The position numbers and the translations under genes are program-made. DNA of 64,000 nt from IMG/VR virus record IMGVR_UViG_3300022555_000012. One strand, 5' to 3'. Below the pieces are notes generated by a model. It was not told the origin of the DNA, ran no database searches, and worked only from the letters and a program-made list of their open reading frames with translations. This document shows positions 19,636-28,037 of this stretch, piece by piece. The stretch is from an uncultured virus (IMG/VR IMGVR_UViG_3300022555_000012) (Duplodnaviria; Heunggongvirae; Uroviricota; Caudoviricetes). Each line of letters opens with the position of its first letter. The first letter of the stretch is position 1.

Positions 19636-20292
19636 TTACTCCCGACCATCATCCCGTCTCATATCATCTCTCATCTCTTGAAGATATTCTGCCCGATCCA
19701 CCTCATTATTAGGTGCCGGATACCAATCCGCCGCATTGTTATCCACATGCTTCATAATCTTCTGCAAATTGTCATGGCTCATGCTGAACTCAACCCTGAT
19801 CGCCTCACCTATCAATTGCAACTTCATCGCAATGTCACTTCTCGCACTCCCAGCCCCAGGTAACTCAACATCAAGATCTTCCAACTCCCACTTGTTCCCA
19901 ACAATCACCTCAGTAATCGCCCTTCGAAAATCAGGCAAAGCTATGTCCTCAAAATTGTCATATTGCCCAGGCTCCTTGTCGTTTTTCTCCGTCACCTTAT
20001 TGATAATATCGTCCTCGGATATCGTCGCGATCCCAGGCTTAAACGAAACCTTCTCATCATAGGCCTCAAATTCAGCATCCTCTTCCGGATTAATCTGCGT
20101 AGCCGGCCGATGTCTCCCATTCCACCCATATTCAAAATCAACGGAAACTTTAACCGATAACTCCCCAACAATATCCTGCATCACTTCCTCAACCACCTTC
20201 ACCAATCTCCGGTGATCCCCCGTGGTTATCATCGATACCTTCATCTGTGACCCGACCACCATCCCACTCGCTATCTGTTCTTCACGATTCAT
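19636..20292 (-). CDS. Acidic protein with shared leader motif
   Basis: MNREEQIASGMVVG. Confidence 0.6.
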   Translation of the reverse strand: MNREEQIASGMVVGSQMKVSMITTGDHRRLVKVVEEVMQDIVGELSVKVSVDFEYGWNGRHRPATQINPEEDAEFEAYDEKVSFKPGIATISEDDIINKVTEKNDKEPGQYDNFEDIALPDFRRAITEVIVGNKWELEDLDVELPGAGSARSDIAMKLQLIGEAIRVEFSMSHDNLQKIMKHVDNNAADWYPAPNNEVDRAEYLQEMRDDMRRDDGRE

Positions 20293-20669
20293 TTTAACCC
20301 CACTTCCATCATCGCCTCTTCCACATCATCCCATACCACCGGTGCCGCCAATTGCCCCCACTGCACCTTCACATTCGCAAATACCTTCACCCGTCCATCT
20401 TCCGACACCACCTCCGCCTCACCTAAATCCATCGTCGAAATATTCAACGGCAACCCTTCCTTCACCAACCCAGCCAACCCAACATTCACCTGCCCAACCA
20501 ACTCCTTCATCATCTTTCCCAAATCAGTCCACTTGATATACCGATTCCCCACATCCCCAATAATCTGCACGAATATCCCTATCCCATCCACATGCCGTAT
20601 CTCCCAACTCCACTTCACCCCACCCGTCATCGACTTCGCTACCCGCTCCACTATCTTTGATTCATTCAT
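20289..20669 (-). CDS. Hypothetical protein with shared leader motif
   Basis: MNESKIVERVAKSMTG. Confidence 0.65.
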   Translation of the reverse strand: MNESKIVERVAKSMTGGVKWSWEIRHVDGIGIFVQIIGDVGNRYIKWTDLGKMMKELVGQVNVGLAGLVKEGLPLNISTMDLGEAEVVSEDGRVKVFANVKVQWGQLAAPVVWDDVEEAMMEVGLK

Positions 20670-20680
20670 AATTAACTCCC

Positions 20681-20998
20681 TTACAATGTATCGTATTCTT
20701 CAACCGATACCGGACGATCAAACTCAACCACAACTCCCATTACCCCATCCACAGGCGTAATCCCCATATTCCTCAATCGAGCCTTGATCCCTATCTTCTT
20801 AGCCCACCTCTCTACCCTCAGCCATTCACTGTTTATCTTCGACTCACCTACCGAAATCTCTTGCCGAAATGTATCCAAATTGTTCGGACGAACACTAATC
20901 AAATAGTTGATCACCACATATTTGAAAAACTTCTCAAGAATTACTTCACTCCCAACAATCGACCGGGCAATCTTATTGCTTATCATTTTCTCGTTCAT
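20681..20998 (-). CDS. Hypothetical protein with shared leader motif
   Basis: MNEKMISNKIARSIVG. Confidence 0.65.
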   Translation of the reverse strand: MNEKMISNKIARSIVGSEVILEKFFKYVVINYLISVRPNNLDTFRQEISVGESKINSEWLRVERWAKKIGIKARLRNMGITPVDGVMGVVVEFDRPVSVEEYDTL

Positions 20999-21258
20999 CA
21001 CGATTTCCCTTTCGTTGCCAACCACCGATTCAATTCTCCAAGATTCCCCGTCATCCTCACCTTCAATGCCTGAAAATCCTTCAACACTTCCCCAACAACC
21101 GACGGCAACCCATAAACCCCATTCATCTCCCGATATAACTTGTCATGACCCTCCTGAGCCAGCTCAAGTGCCTCCCCGACCAAATCTAAACAACCCATCG
21201 TCACTTCCCAATTAGGATCATGGGCAATCCTCTCCGCTATCCTCGCTTCCCTGTTCAT
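20998..21258 (-). CDS. Hypothetical protein with shared leader motif
   Basis: MNREARIAERIA. Confidence 0.65.
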   Translation of the reverse strand: MNREARIAERIAHDPNWEVTMGCLDLVGEALELAQEGHDKLYREMNGVYGLPSVVGEVLKDFQALKVRMTGNLGELNRWLATKGKS

Positions 21259-21614
21259 AATTTTCTCTCAACCTTGCGAAGTTTGTCTGAACATTCATCT
21301 AAAGCATCCAATACAAATCCGTAATACTGTTCATATGAAAATCCAGCCTTCCCAGAACTAATCGCTTCCTTCTCCTGCTCAATCCATCCCTTTACCACTG
21401 CCGCCATCTGCTCAATATCTCCCCTCATCCCTCTTACCCCTACCCAACCACTCATCACCATCCGGGTCGCTATCCGCTCCTCCCGGCTCCCACAGGTCAT
21501 TGACTTCGCTATCACTTCAACTATCCGCTCAGTCTTCCGATCCAAAATTACCTGATTCCCTTCACAATCAGTCTGCGTCTCAACCTCATGCGTGTTCTCA
21601 ACCTGCTTGCTCAT
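21255..21614 (-). CDS. Hypothetical protein with two internal leader-type motifs
   Basis: ERIVEVIAKSMTCG and SREERIATRMVMS. Confidence 0.6.
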   Translation of the reverse strand: MSKQVENTHEVETQTDCEGNQVILDRKTERIVEVIAKSMTCGSREERIATRMVMSGWVGVRGMRGDIEQMAAVVKGWIEQEKEAISSGKAGFSYEQYYGFVLDALDECSDKLRKVERKL

Positions 21615-21997
21615 ACCCGTCCCTCCAACCCCTTGAACTTTATGGATAATCCCTTCGCATCTCGACCAAAATCCTGACACCTCTCCAAATGCCTGTGACC
21701 CTCATCCTGCTCCCGCCTTATCTCTGTCTCCGCATCATTCAACAATTTCATCACTTCCGATAATAACCCGTCCAACTCACGAATCAATACCGGATCATCC
21801 AAATTCATCTGCTCCTGACGAACATTCTTTACCTGCTTCTCTACCAACCCTATGTCTCCCAAATCCCCGTGTCCCGCCTCATCCGCCATCTCTACCAATC
21901 GCTTCACTATCGACGACAATGTCTCTTCCCAATTCTCCTGATCCACTTCCGTCATCCCTGTCACTAAGTTGTCTTGTCGTGTCGTCATAGTCACCAT
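21611..21997 (-). CDS. Helical hypothetical protein
   Basis: Start reassigned to 21997 (GGGAG SD), just after a late-motif copy at 22013-22032. Confidence 0.55.
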   Translation of the reverse strand: MVTMTTRQDNLVTGMTEVDQENWEETLSSIVKRLVEMADEAGHGDLGDIGLVEKQVKNVRQEQMNLDDPVLIRELDGLLSEVMKLLNDAETEIRREQDEGHRHLERCQDFGRDAKGLSIKFKGLEGRV

Positions 21998-22242
21998 CGT
22001 CTCCCTACTCTTGAATAAAATATCAAATAATAAATCCACTTCCTGCAATGAACGCCTCCGGCTAAATTATGACTATCTCTCCCTTATTATATTATTACCG
22101 TCCCAAAATCGAACGCCCATATTTCAAATAATTGGACATAAGCCTCACAACCGCTGTCTTTTACAAGTATCTTGCAAAATTCTTCCTTACGCCTCTGAAT
22201 CCCACATTTTACGCATTTAAATTCTGTGGTGTATAATGGGCA

Positions 22243-23211
22243 ATGACAGACACCGGAAAGATTTATAAAAGCCTTGACCACCGAATACGGTCCTCGTTGA
22301 ATTATTCCAAGTGGGTTGCCCGGAACAAGGGGCTTTTTTGCATTAAGTGTGGCTCGAAGGATAATCTCGAATGTCATCACATGATAGAACTTTATCATAT
22401 CATCATAGGAATTTGGAAGTTTTACGGAAACGAGGAAGAAGTCTTTCAACACATTGATATGCTTCACAGTCAAGACATGATTGAAGGGGTTACAGTCTGT
22501 CTGACCTGTCACCAACAAAGACATCCTGGTCGTAGCCTGACCACCTCTGAATATAAGGTCAATACCGAAACCTGGTGTGCGATCCCCAGAATGCTCAAGG
22601 TCGATCCCAACAGCTCCAAGATTGCCCGGACTGGCTCCATCAGCCTTGTCACCTATCAGATTATATTCGGCATTGGCTGGCATCTCATGAACGGAAACAT
22701 TGAGGAAAGAATGTTGACCATTAACCGCCGGAACTTTGCCCGACTCATTGGGAAAGTGCCTGGAACCTCGTTCAATAAGTCTTTTGAGACTTCCCTGCAA
22801 CAACTTGACTATGTTGGAATTGTTTGTGGCTATCACATTACCGGTAATATCGTCGAACTTCATATTTGTCCTGAATACCTGAAAATGCTTGAGGAAAACC
22901 CCTGGTTCGTTCCCCTGAGCGAGATTAACACGAATTCGATGGTCGTCTTGTGTCTAAGACTTTGGCTTGGTATGCAGTCCGGTAGACATAATTACTACAT
23001 TGGCCTCGAAAAACTGATGGGTCATATCGGAATCACCAACACAGAGAAATTCAAAGCTGTTAAAACGATCAAGAAGGCTTTGAAACAAATCTCCTGGGCT
23101 AAAATGGAAAAAGGCGAAGAATCACTTCATTTCACTCTCAGTAGTAAACGACCGACACCGATCAGACCCTTGAGGACGATTCTGACCGATGTCTTACAAC
23201 TAGCAAAATGA
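22243..23211 (+). CDS. HNH/Zn-finger domain fused to a TrfA/Rep-like winged-helix region
   Basis: CIKC...LECHH...VCLTCHQQRH; C-half LRLWL...YYIGLEKLMGHIG...TIKKALKQI; only convincing plus-strand gene; TATAAT 5 nt before ATG. Confidence 0.6.
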   Translation: MTDTGKIYKSLDHRIRSSLNYSKWVARNKGLFCIKCGSKDNLECHHMIELYHIIIGIWKFYGNEEEVFQHIDMLHSQDMIEGVTVCLTCHQQRHPGRSLTTSEYKVNTETWCAIPRMLKVDPNSSKIARTGSISLVTYQIIFGIGWHLMNGNIEERMLTINRRNFARLIGKVPGTSFNKSFETSLQQLDYVGIVCGYHITGNIVELHICPEYLKMLEENPWFVPLSEINTNSMVVLCLRLWLGMQSGRHNYYIGLEKLMGHIGITNTEKFKAVKTIKKALKQISWAKMEKGEESLHFTLSSKRPTPIRPLRTILTDVLQLAK

Positions 23212-23706
23212 TTACAATCGGACTAAATGTCCTAGGTCCTTCATCTTCGATAATGCTTTGACCGAGGTGTCTCCCCAGGCTACCAGCATTGATCCACACC
23301 CAGCCCCAGCTCCCCCAGTCTCTCCACTGCCATCTACGAAGGCCACACGCCCCTGTAGGAAGAGAATGGCATCAGCCTTGCATACGAAGTCGTGATACCA
23401 CTTACAATCAGTCCTGGCGAACAACAAGGCCACCCCATTACGATGTCCATGCATCTTCCTCAACCATGCTGTTGTCATCTTCCCGTATGGAGGATTCAAC
23501 CAGACCACCCCGTCCCACTTCTGCAATAGTCCGTTGTCCTTGATAGTGAATGTCTTAGAAGCCGGAATCCAAGATATTTTCTTCTCAGGTTGACAAGGAT
23601 CAAGGTCGAAATTGAGTCCGAGTCTCTCAAAGATCCAGGACGGAGTATACCATTCAATTGTTATTGCATTCTGACTATCATGCGTAAAACCTGTTTTCTT
23701 TGCCAT
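23212..23706 (-). CDS. Phage N6-adenine DNA methyltransferase (phage Dam-like)
   Basis: EWYTP, FDLDPC, WLNPPY, ARTD..W. Confidence 0.85.
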   Translation of the reverse strand: MAKKTGFTHDSQNAITIEWYTPSWIFERLGLNFDLDPCQPEKKISWIPASKTFTIKDNGLLQKWDGVVWLNPPYGKMTTAWLRKMHGHRNGVALLFARTDCKWYHDFVCKADAILFLQGRVAFVDGSGETGGAGAGCGSMLVAWGDTSVKALSKMKDLGHLVRL

Positions 23707-23721
23707 ATTTACTCCAAGAAT

Positions 23722-23946
23722 CTATCGTGACAAAGCTCTTTGAATCTCTTTGTCCATCTTCCTCTGTTCCAAACCATCTTTTTTCCTTGCTTTGTCTAAT
23801 TCCTTACTGACCTCGGAAACCTCGACCTTGTATGTTCTGCCATTTGCCAGTGTCACATGCTGAGTTTCACTTACAACACCCTGACCCATTAATCCCGCCA
23901 GAAGCCGAGCATACTTCTCGCTTTTCTCATAATCTTCCTTGGTCAT
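23722..23946 (-). CDS. Hypothetical protein
   Basis: ORF in operon. Confidence 0.5.
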   Translation of the reverse strand: MTKEDYEKSEKYARLLAGLMGQGVVSETQHVTLANGRTYKVEVSEVSKELDKARKKDGLEQRKMDKEIQRALSR

Positions 23947-23949
23947 TTT

Positions 23950-24570
23950 TTACTCCGCCGAAATATTGTCGCCAGCCCATGATTCTTTAACGTTATACCG
24001 GGGACGCTCCTTGCGAACCGTCTTCACCACTTCCTCCTGGAATTTGGGAGTGTCTGCCGTCAATGGATTCACCAACGCTTCAGCAAGATAGGCCAAAACC
24101 GAAGCATCTGCCTGATTGTCATCCTTGGCATCCAAACCCCAGCGTTTGTAGACCTCCCTCAGAATCATGCTTTTCTCGCCACTTCCCTTGCCCGTGACGA
24201 ACTTTTTAAGCTGACTTGGGGCAATGATGACGAAAGGCAGTCCCTTCTCGTGTAGAGCCAACCTGAGTGTCGTCCCGAGCATCGCCAACTTGATAGCCGA
24301 ACCGATCTGCATCTTGTTCGACGGGGTGAAGAAATCCTCAACACAAATCATCTTCACATCTGCCGGGATCTTCCTCAACAGAGTGTCCCGGATATGTGTC
24401 AACCGGTCCAAATCGTTCTTAAAGTTCTTTGGCTCAGTCTTGACTGTCTCGATTGTGATCGATTTCCCATTCTTCCGACAGAACCCTGTGCTTGTCAAAG
24501 ACAGATCAAGTCCCACGAAAGTAGGCTCCATAGCCTGTTCTGCATCATCAACATCATGCTCAGTCATCAT
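23950..24570 (-). CDS. ruvC: RuvC-like Holliday junction resolvase
   Basis: GLDLSLTSTG, ICVED, PSQLKKFVTGKG..EK, DDNQADA. Confidence 0.85.
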   Translation of the reverse strand: MMTEHDVDDAEQAMEPTFVGLDLSLTSTGFCRKNGKSITIETVKTEPKNFKNDLDRLTHIRDTLLRKIPADVKMICVEDFFTPSNKMQIGSAIKLAMLGTTLRLALHEKGLPFVIIAPSQLKKFVTGKGSGEKSMILREVYKRWGLDAKDDNQADASVLAYLAEALVNPLTADTPKFQEEVVKTVRKERPRYNVKESWAGDNISAE

Positions 24571-24584
24571 ATCTTTCCCTCATT

Positions 24585-24878
24585 TCATCCATACACATAA
24601 ACATTCGGAGCCGGCCCTCTCACATACTTCACCGGCTTCATCTTCTTGAGAGTCCTTTTCAACTGAAATCCCTCCCCTATCGGTCCAAAACTACCAAGTT
24701 TGGCCATTGAATCCTGATAGGCCTTCACATCTTTTACCATCTGCTTGTGAAACTGCATCCTCATTTTTTTCAACTTAACATTCGGACATTCTTTAGGACA
24801 CACTTTAAGCTTTACGTCTTTCATCTTTTCATCATCCTTTGCAAACGCTGTCTGGCATTCCCATTTTTCACCGGACAT
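24585..24878 (-). CDS. Hypothetical protein
   Basis: ORF in operon. Confidence 0.45.
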   Translation of the reverse strand: MSGEKWECQTAFAKDDEKMKDVKLKVCPKECPNVKLKKMRMQFHKQMVKDVKAYQDSMAKLGSFGPIGEGFQLKRTLKKMKPVKYVRGPAPNVYVYG

Positions 24879-25585
24879 TGTTTATCATATGGACACCATG
24901 GACACAACCCCGAAGGTCTGCCTTCCGGGTCCTTACAAGCCTTGATCTCCGCTACCTTATCCGCAATCAGTTTGGTATCCCTGACAGCATCTTCAGCCGT
25001 CAATACTACCCGTTGCACCATATGTCTCAATACCCAGAATGATACTGTGGCGTTCCCAGTAATCTCCGGTCTGATTATCCTGGCTCCGATATTATAAATC
25101 TTGGCCTGCCAGTTATGTTCCAACTCCTCATCACTGAAAGCATTCTTCTGTGTCTTCAAGTCGATAATATCGGCATCAGGAGCCATCACATCAAGACGGT
25201 CAATGAACCCCGTCACATGGGTATCATCCGGGAGAGGGAAGTCAATAGGGACCTCACAGCCCACTGTCCTGTTGATATTCCTGAAGTAGCCCCATCTCAC
25301 CGCATTCCCGACCAACTCATCAATCAATGGGTGAAGCCCATACTCGACCTTCAGTTTGGCAACAATCTCTGCTTTCCAGGTCATCGGGTCATTCCTGGAT
25401 AGGTCTGACCCCTTTTGAATCCTGTTTTTCGTGGAATGCTCCATCATCTCATGAACGGCAGAACCCATCACGGTATTCGGATGGGGAGGCGGCTTCGGCA
25501 GATCCATCTCATAAGTCGCTGAGTATTTAAGAGGACATTGATCGTGGGTTTTTAATCCGGACGATGATATGTGGTCAACTTTCAT
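24821..25585 (-). CDS. PD-(D/E)xK nuclease, RecB/Cas4-like
   Basis: CPLKY, GSAVH, GFIDRLD, IIDLKT, Q..IY, CPWCPY...C. Confidence 0.85.
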   Translation of the reverse strand: MKVDHISSSGLKTHDQCPLKYSATYEMDLPKPPPHPNTVMGSAVHEMMEHSTKNRIQKGSDLSRNDPMTWKAEIVAKLKVEYGLHPLIDELVGNAVRWGYFRNINRTVGCEVPIDFPLPDDTHVTGFIDRLDVMAPDADIIDLKTQKNAFSDEELEHNWQAKIYNIGARIIRPEITGNATVSFWVLRHMVQRVVLTAEDAVRDTKLIADKVAEIKACKDPEGRPSGLCPWCPYDKQCPVKNGNARQRLQRMMKR

Positions 25586-26145
25586 TTACCATTATACATC
25601 CATAAATACATCCATAAACATCCAATCACTTTTTTCACCAGTCTCTCACCAAGTCTCTTGCTGAACCTGGGTCTTTTCACATAATCCTTCTCATCCCAGG
25701 TTGAAATAGTTCCCGGAGGTGAGTCTGGCGTTCCCGGAAGATCTCCCGGAAGATCTTTCTTCCGTGGTGGCAACACCAGATGATAGATATTTGCCGCCCA
25801 ACCTGTTTCGTTACTGAATCCCCAACTAATGTCCCTGTCCCTGTTCGTGTCGTGTGGCAAGACCCGAGAACGTTGGTGAAGAATACCATCAAGATTCAAT
25901 TTATGGAACGACCAAATCACCTTACTGACTTCGACATTCAAATCCTTGGCCACATCTTCAGCCCTGAACGCAAGATACCCCCGACAATCTGTCTCCTCAG
26001 CGTGTTTCTTCATCTTCAGGGCTAATTCCCTAACCATCTCCAAAACGTCCTCCTTGGGACGATTCCTTGGTTTTGGGAAATGAATCAGGCGGGGAACCTT
26101 TTTCTTAGCCCCCGCCCGATATGTTGTCGCGAACTGTTTCATCAA
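25582..26145 (-). CDS. Hypothetical protein, possible winged HTH
   Basis: AEDVAKDLNVEVSKVIWSFHKLNLDG. Confidence 0.5.
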   Translation of the reverse strand: MMKQFATTYRAGAKKKVPRLIHFPKPRNRPKEDVLEMVRELALKMKKHAEETDCRGYLAFRAEDVAKDLNVEVSKVIWSFHKLNLDGILHQRSRVLPHDTNRDRDISWGFSNETGWAANIYHLVLPPRKKDLPGDLPGTPDSPPGTISTWDEKDYVKRPRFSKRLGERLVKKVIGCLWMYLWMYNGK

Positions 26146-26546
26146 CCCAGAATGCCGTCAGAATCCACACCATCCCGGACTTCCACAAAAGGCTTTACCT
26201 TCTGTGCCGGCTTAGCCTTCGGAACGACCGGGGCATCAACAGTCTGACTTACAGGCTTTTGAACTGTCCCCTGTTTCAATCCCAGGATAATCTCTGCATT
26301 GGACAAGGCGGTTTCAGCCTCAGTCTTCAGTTGACTGATGAATTCCGGCAAGTCTCCGATGGTGCAATCGAAATCAGTCTTACACTTGGTTTCCAGATCC
26401 TTGAGTTGGTTCTGGAGTGCTCCGAGTTCCCCCGTTATCCGGCTTTTTTCCCGTGCCAGGCTTTCTGCCAGTTCCCTTGCCTTTTGAATCCGGCTCATTG
26501 TCCCCGCCAAGTCCGATCCCGCCCCCGTCTCGTTTTGCAATGACAT
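26142..26546 (-). CDS. Coiled-coil protein
   Basis: Heptad-rich N-terminal half; GGAAAAG purine leader. Confidence 0.55.
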   Translation of the reverse strand: MSLQNETGAGSDLAGTMSRIQKARELAESLAREKSRITGELGALQNQLKDLETKCKTDFDCTIGDLPEFISQLKTEAETALSNAEIILGLKQGTVQKPVSQTVDAPVVPKAKPAQKVKPFVEVRDGVDSDGILG

Positions 26547-26973
26547 TCTTTTCCTCTTCCTTTTTCGGATAATCTCCGAACATTGTTCCCGCCAACATAT
26601 TACTCAAAAACTTGCTCGACACACTGCGAAGTTCTCCCTTTGATCCCATCGCACAATCCTCACACCTCATAGGACACGGTCCCATCAATACTTCCACGTC
26701 TGCTCGGGAGAATCCGTCTCCCGCCTTGACATATTGTACTCCAGGACATCCCCATCTTTTGTTATCACAATACAAAACCATAAAAGAAGTGAATTCGAAA
26801 GGCTCGAAGTCTGTCGGCGAGAATCCACAGATCTTTGTCTTAACAATCCGGGTAATCTTCTGATCCTTGCCCTTGACAAGAATCATTGTCGGCCGCTCAT
26901 CAATCAGTGTCCCCTCGATTATTCCCAACACCTCAACTGCTACCTTGACCGTGTGTCCAATAAACTCCCTCAT
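26380..26973 (-). CDS. Hypothetical Cys-containing protein
   Basis: ORF in operon; C-terminal tail overlaps the next gene. Confidence 0.55.
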   Translation of the reverse strand: MREFIGHTVKVAVEVLGIIEGTLIDERPTMILVKGKDQKITRIVKTKICGFSPTDFEPFEFTSFMVLYCDNKRWGCPGVQYVKAGDGFSRADVEVLMGPCPMRCEDCAMGSKGELRSVSSKFLSNMLAGTMFGDYPKKEEEKNVIAKRDGGGIGLGGDNEPDSKGKGTGRKPGTGKKPDNGGTRSTPEPTQGSGNQV

Positions 26974-27107
26974 TTGCCTCTTACTCCCGTGACTTCGATT
27001 TTAATGATGTGAGACTTCTTATGTTGATCATAAGCAATCATGACTATCCCCACCAATACGAAACTGACAATACTCACCCAAATCAAATCCCGAATGAAAT
27101 GGTTCAT
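26970..27107 (-). CDS. 45-aa membrane protein (not in ORF track)
   Basis: MNHFIRDLIWVSIVSFVLVGIVMIAYDQHKK...; ATGA overlaps at both ends. Confidence 0.55.
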   Translation of the reverse strand: MNHFIRDLIWVSIVSFVLVGIVMIAYDQHKKSHIIKIEVTGVRGK

Positions 27108-27514
27108 TTCCATCCTCCCCCATTGTTGCTATCAACGTCTGGTTGATCCCGATCTAATCTGGCCAGCATATCCTTGGCCTCTTGCAATTTGATTTCAGCC
27201 GATCGCCTCAAATGTCGAACCTCATCCCGCCGACGCTTTTCTTCGGCCGTTGCCTTACGATTCATAGACTTTTGAACCCGATTCAACTCGTTTAGTGCCA
27301 CCACCTCTGTCACCCTCAATTCGACCAAATCCGGGATTCCACCCTTCAGTTCGTGATTCGCATACCAAGTCACCTGACTCCGTGCCGGCCCAGGCTTTGA
27401 ATAAAGCCTGGCATCTTTCAGATCTGCTACCCACGACAACCCGGCACGATTGGCCTTGGCCATATACTTACCGTGGCGATTCCTCACCGCATACAATGTC
27501 AAATGAACTGTCAT
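27104..27514 (-). CDS. Hypothetical protein
   Basis: ORF with ATGA overlaps. Confidence 0.55.
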   Translation of the reverse strand: MTVHLTLYAVRNRHGKYMAKANRAGLSWVADLKDARLYSKPGPARSQVTWYANHELKGGIPDLVELRVTEVVALNELNRVQKSMNRKATAEEKRRRDEVRHLRRSAEIKLQEAKDMLARLDRDQPDVDSNNGGGWK

Positions 27515-27729
27515 TTTTTGAATTCCTTTGTAAAAGTGTCAATACATGCATCCACCAATTTATGAGCTTCCTTACGTTTATCTTCCAGAGTCTTGCCTTT
27601 CACAAAAGCAATCGGAAGCATTAACACATTACTCCCTGGATATTTCTTCTTCGTTGAAACCCACCCTGGACTCGGACTGTGAACTGTATTTGATTTCGTA
27701 ACACCCATTGCCATAATTACTGTACTCAT
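27511..27729 (-). CDS. Hypothetical protein
   Basis: ORF in operon. Confidence 0.5.
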   Translation of the reverse strand: MSTVIMAMGVTKSNTVHSPSPGWVSTKKKYPGSNVLMLPIAFVKGKTLEDKRKEAHKLVDACIDTFTKEFKK

Positions 27730-28037
27730 AAACGTCCTCCCACTATTGTAAAGATTCTACTGAAAGTGTCTAAATCCCCTGTCTCCGGATCAATAGCCGA
27801 TCCAATCCCCTCGAAAAGAATCTGGCAATTTGTCTCCACATCTGGACTCCAAGGATACGGATCATCACCACCGTCCTCGAACGCAATCCAAGTTTTCCCA
27901 TTGTACCGATATACCAAACCGATCAACCCTTTCTTTACCCGTCTGGTGGTATTATCTGAAACTAAGTGGTCAGAAGTAATCTTGAAATTCTGAATCACCC
28001 GGACAACCTTTAGGTTCCCTTGTTTCGCTTGACTCAT
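27726..28037 (-). CDS. Hypothetical protein
   Basis: Likely start MSQAK by ATGA overlap. Confidence 0.5.
   Translation of the reverse strand: MSQAKQGNLKVVRVIQNFKITSDHLVSDNTTRRVKKGLIGLVYRYNGKTWIAFEDGGDDPYPWSPDVETNCQILFEGIGSAIDPETGDLDTFSRIFTIVGGRL

Noticed and set aside
22087..22863. 258-aa minus-strand ORF
   Set aside because: Antisense to the HNH/Rep-like gene, which has the motifs and the promoter
25591..25625. GGATGT(A)TTTAT x3 repeat as a separate element
   Set aside because: Short and degenerate, overlapping a -10 box and an ORF tail; not supportable on its own
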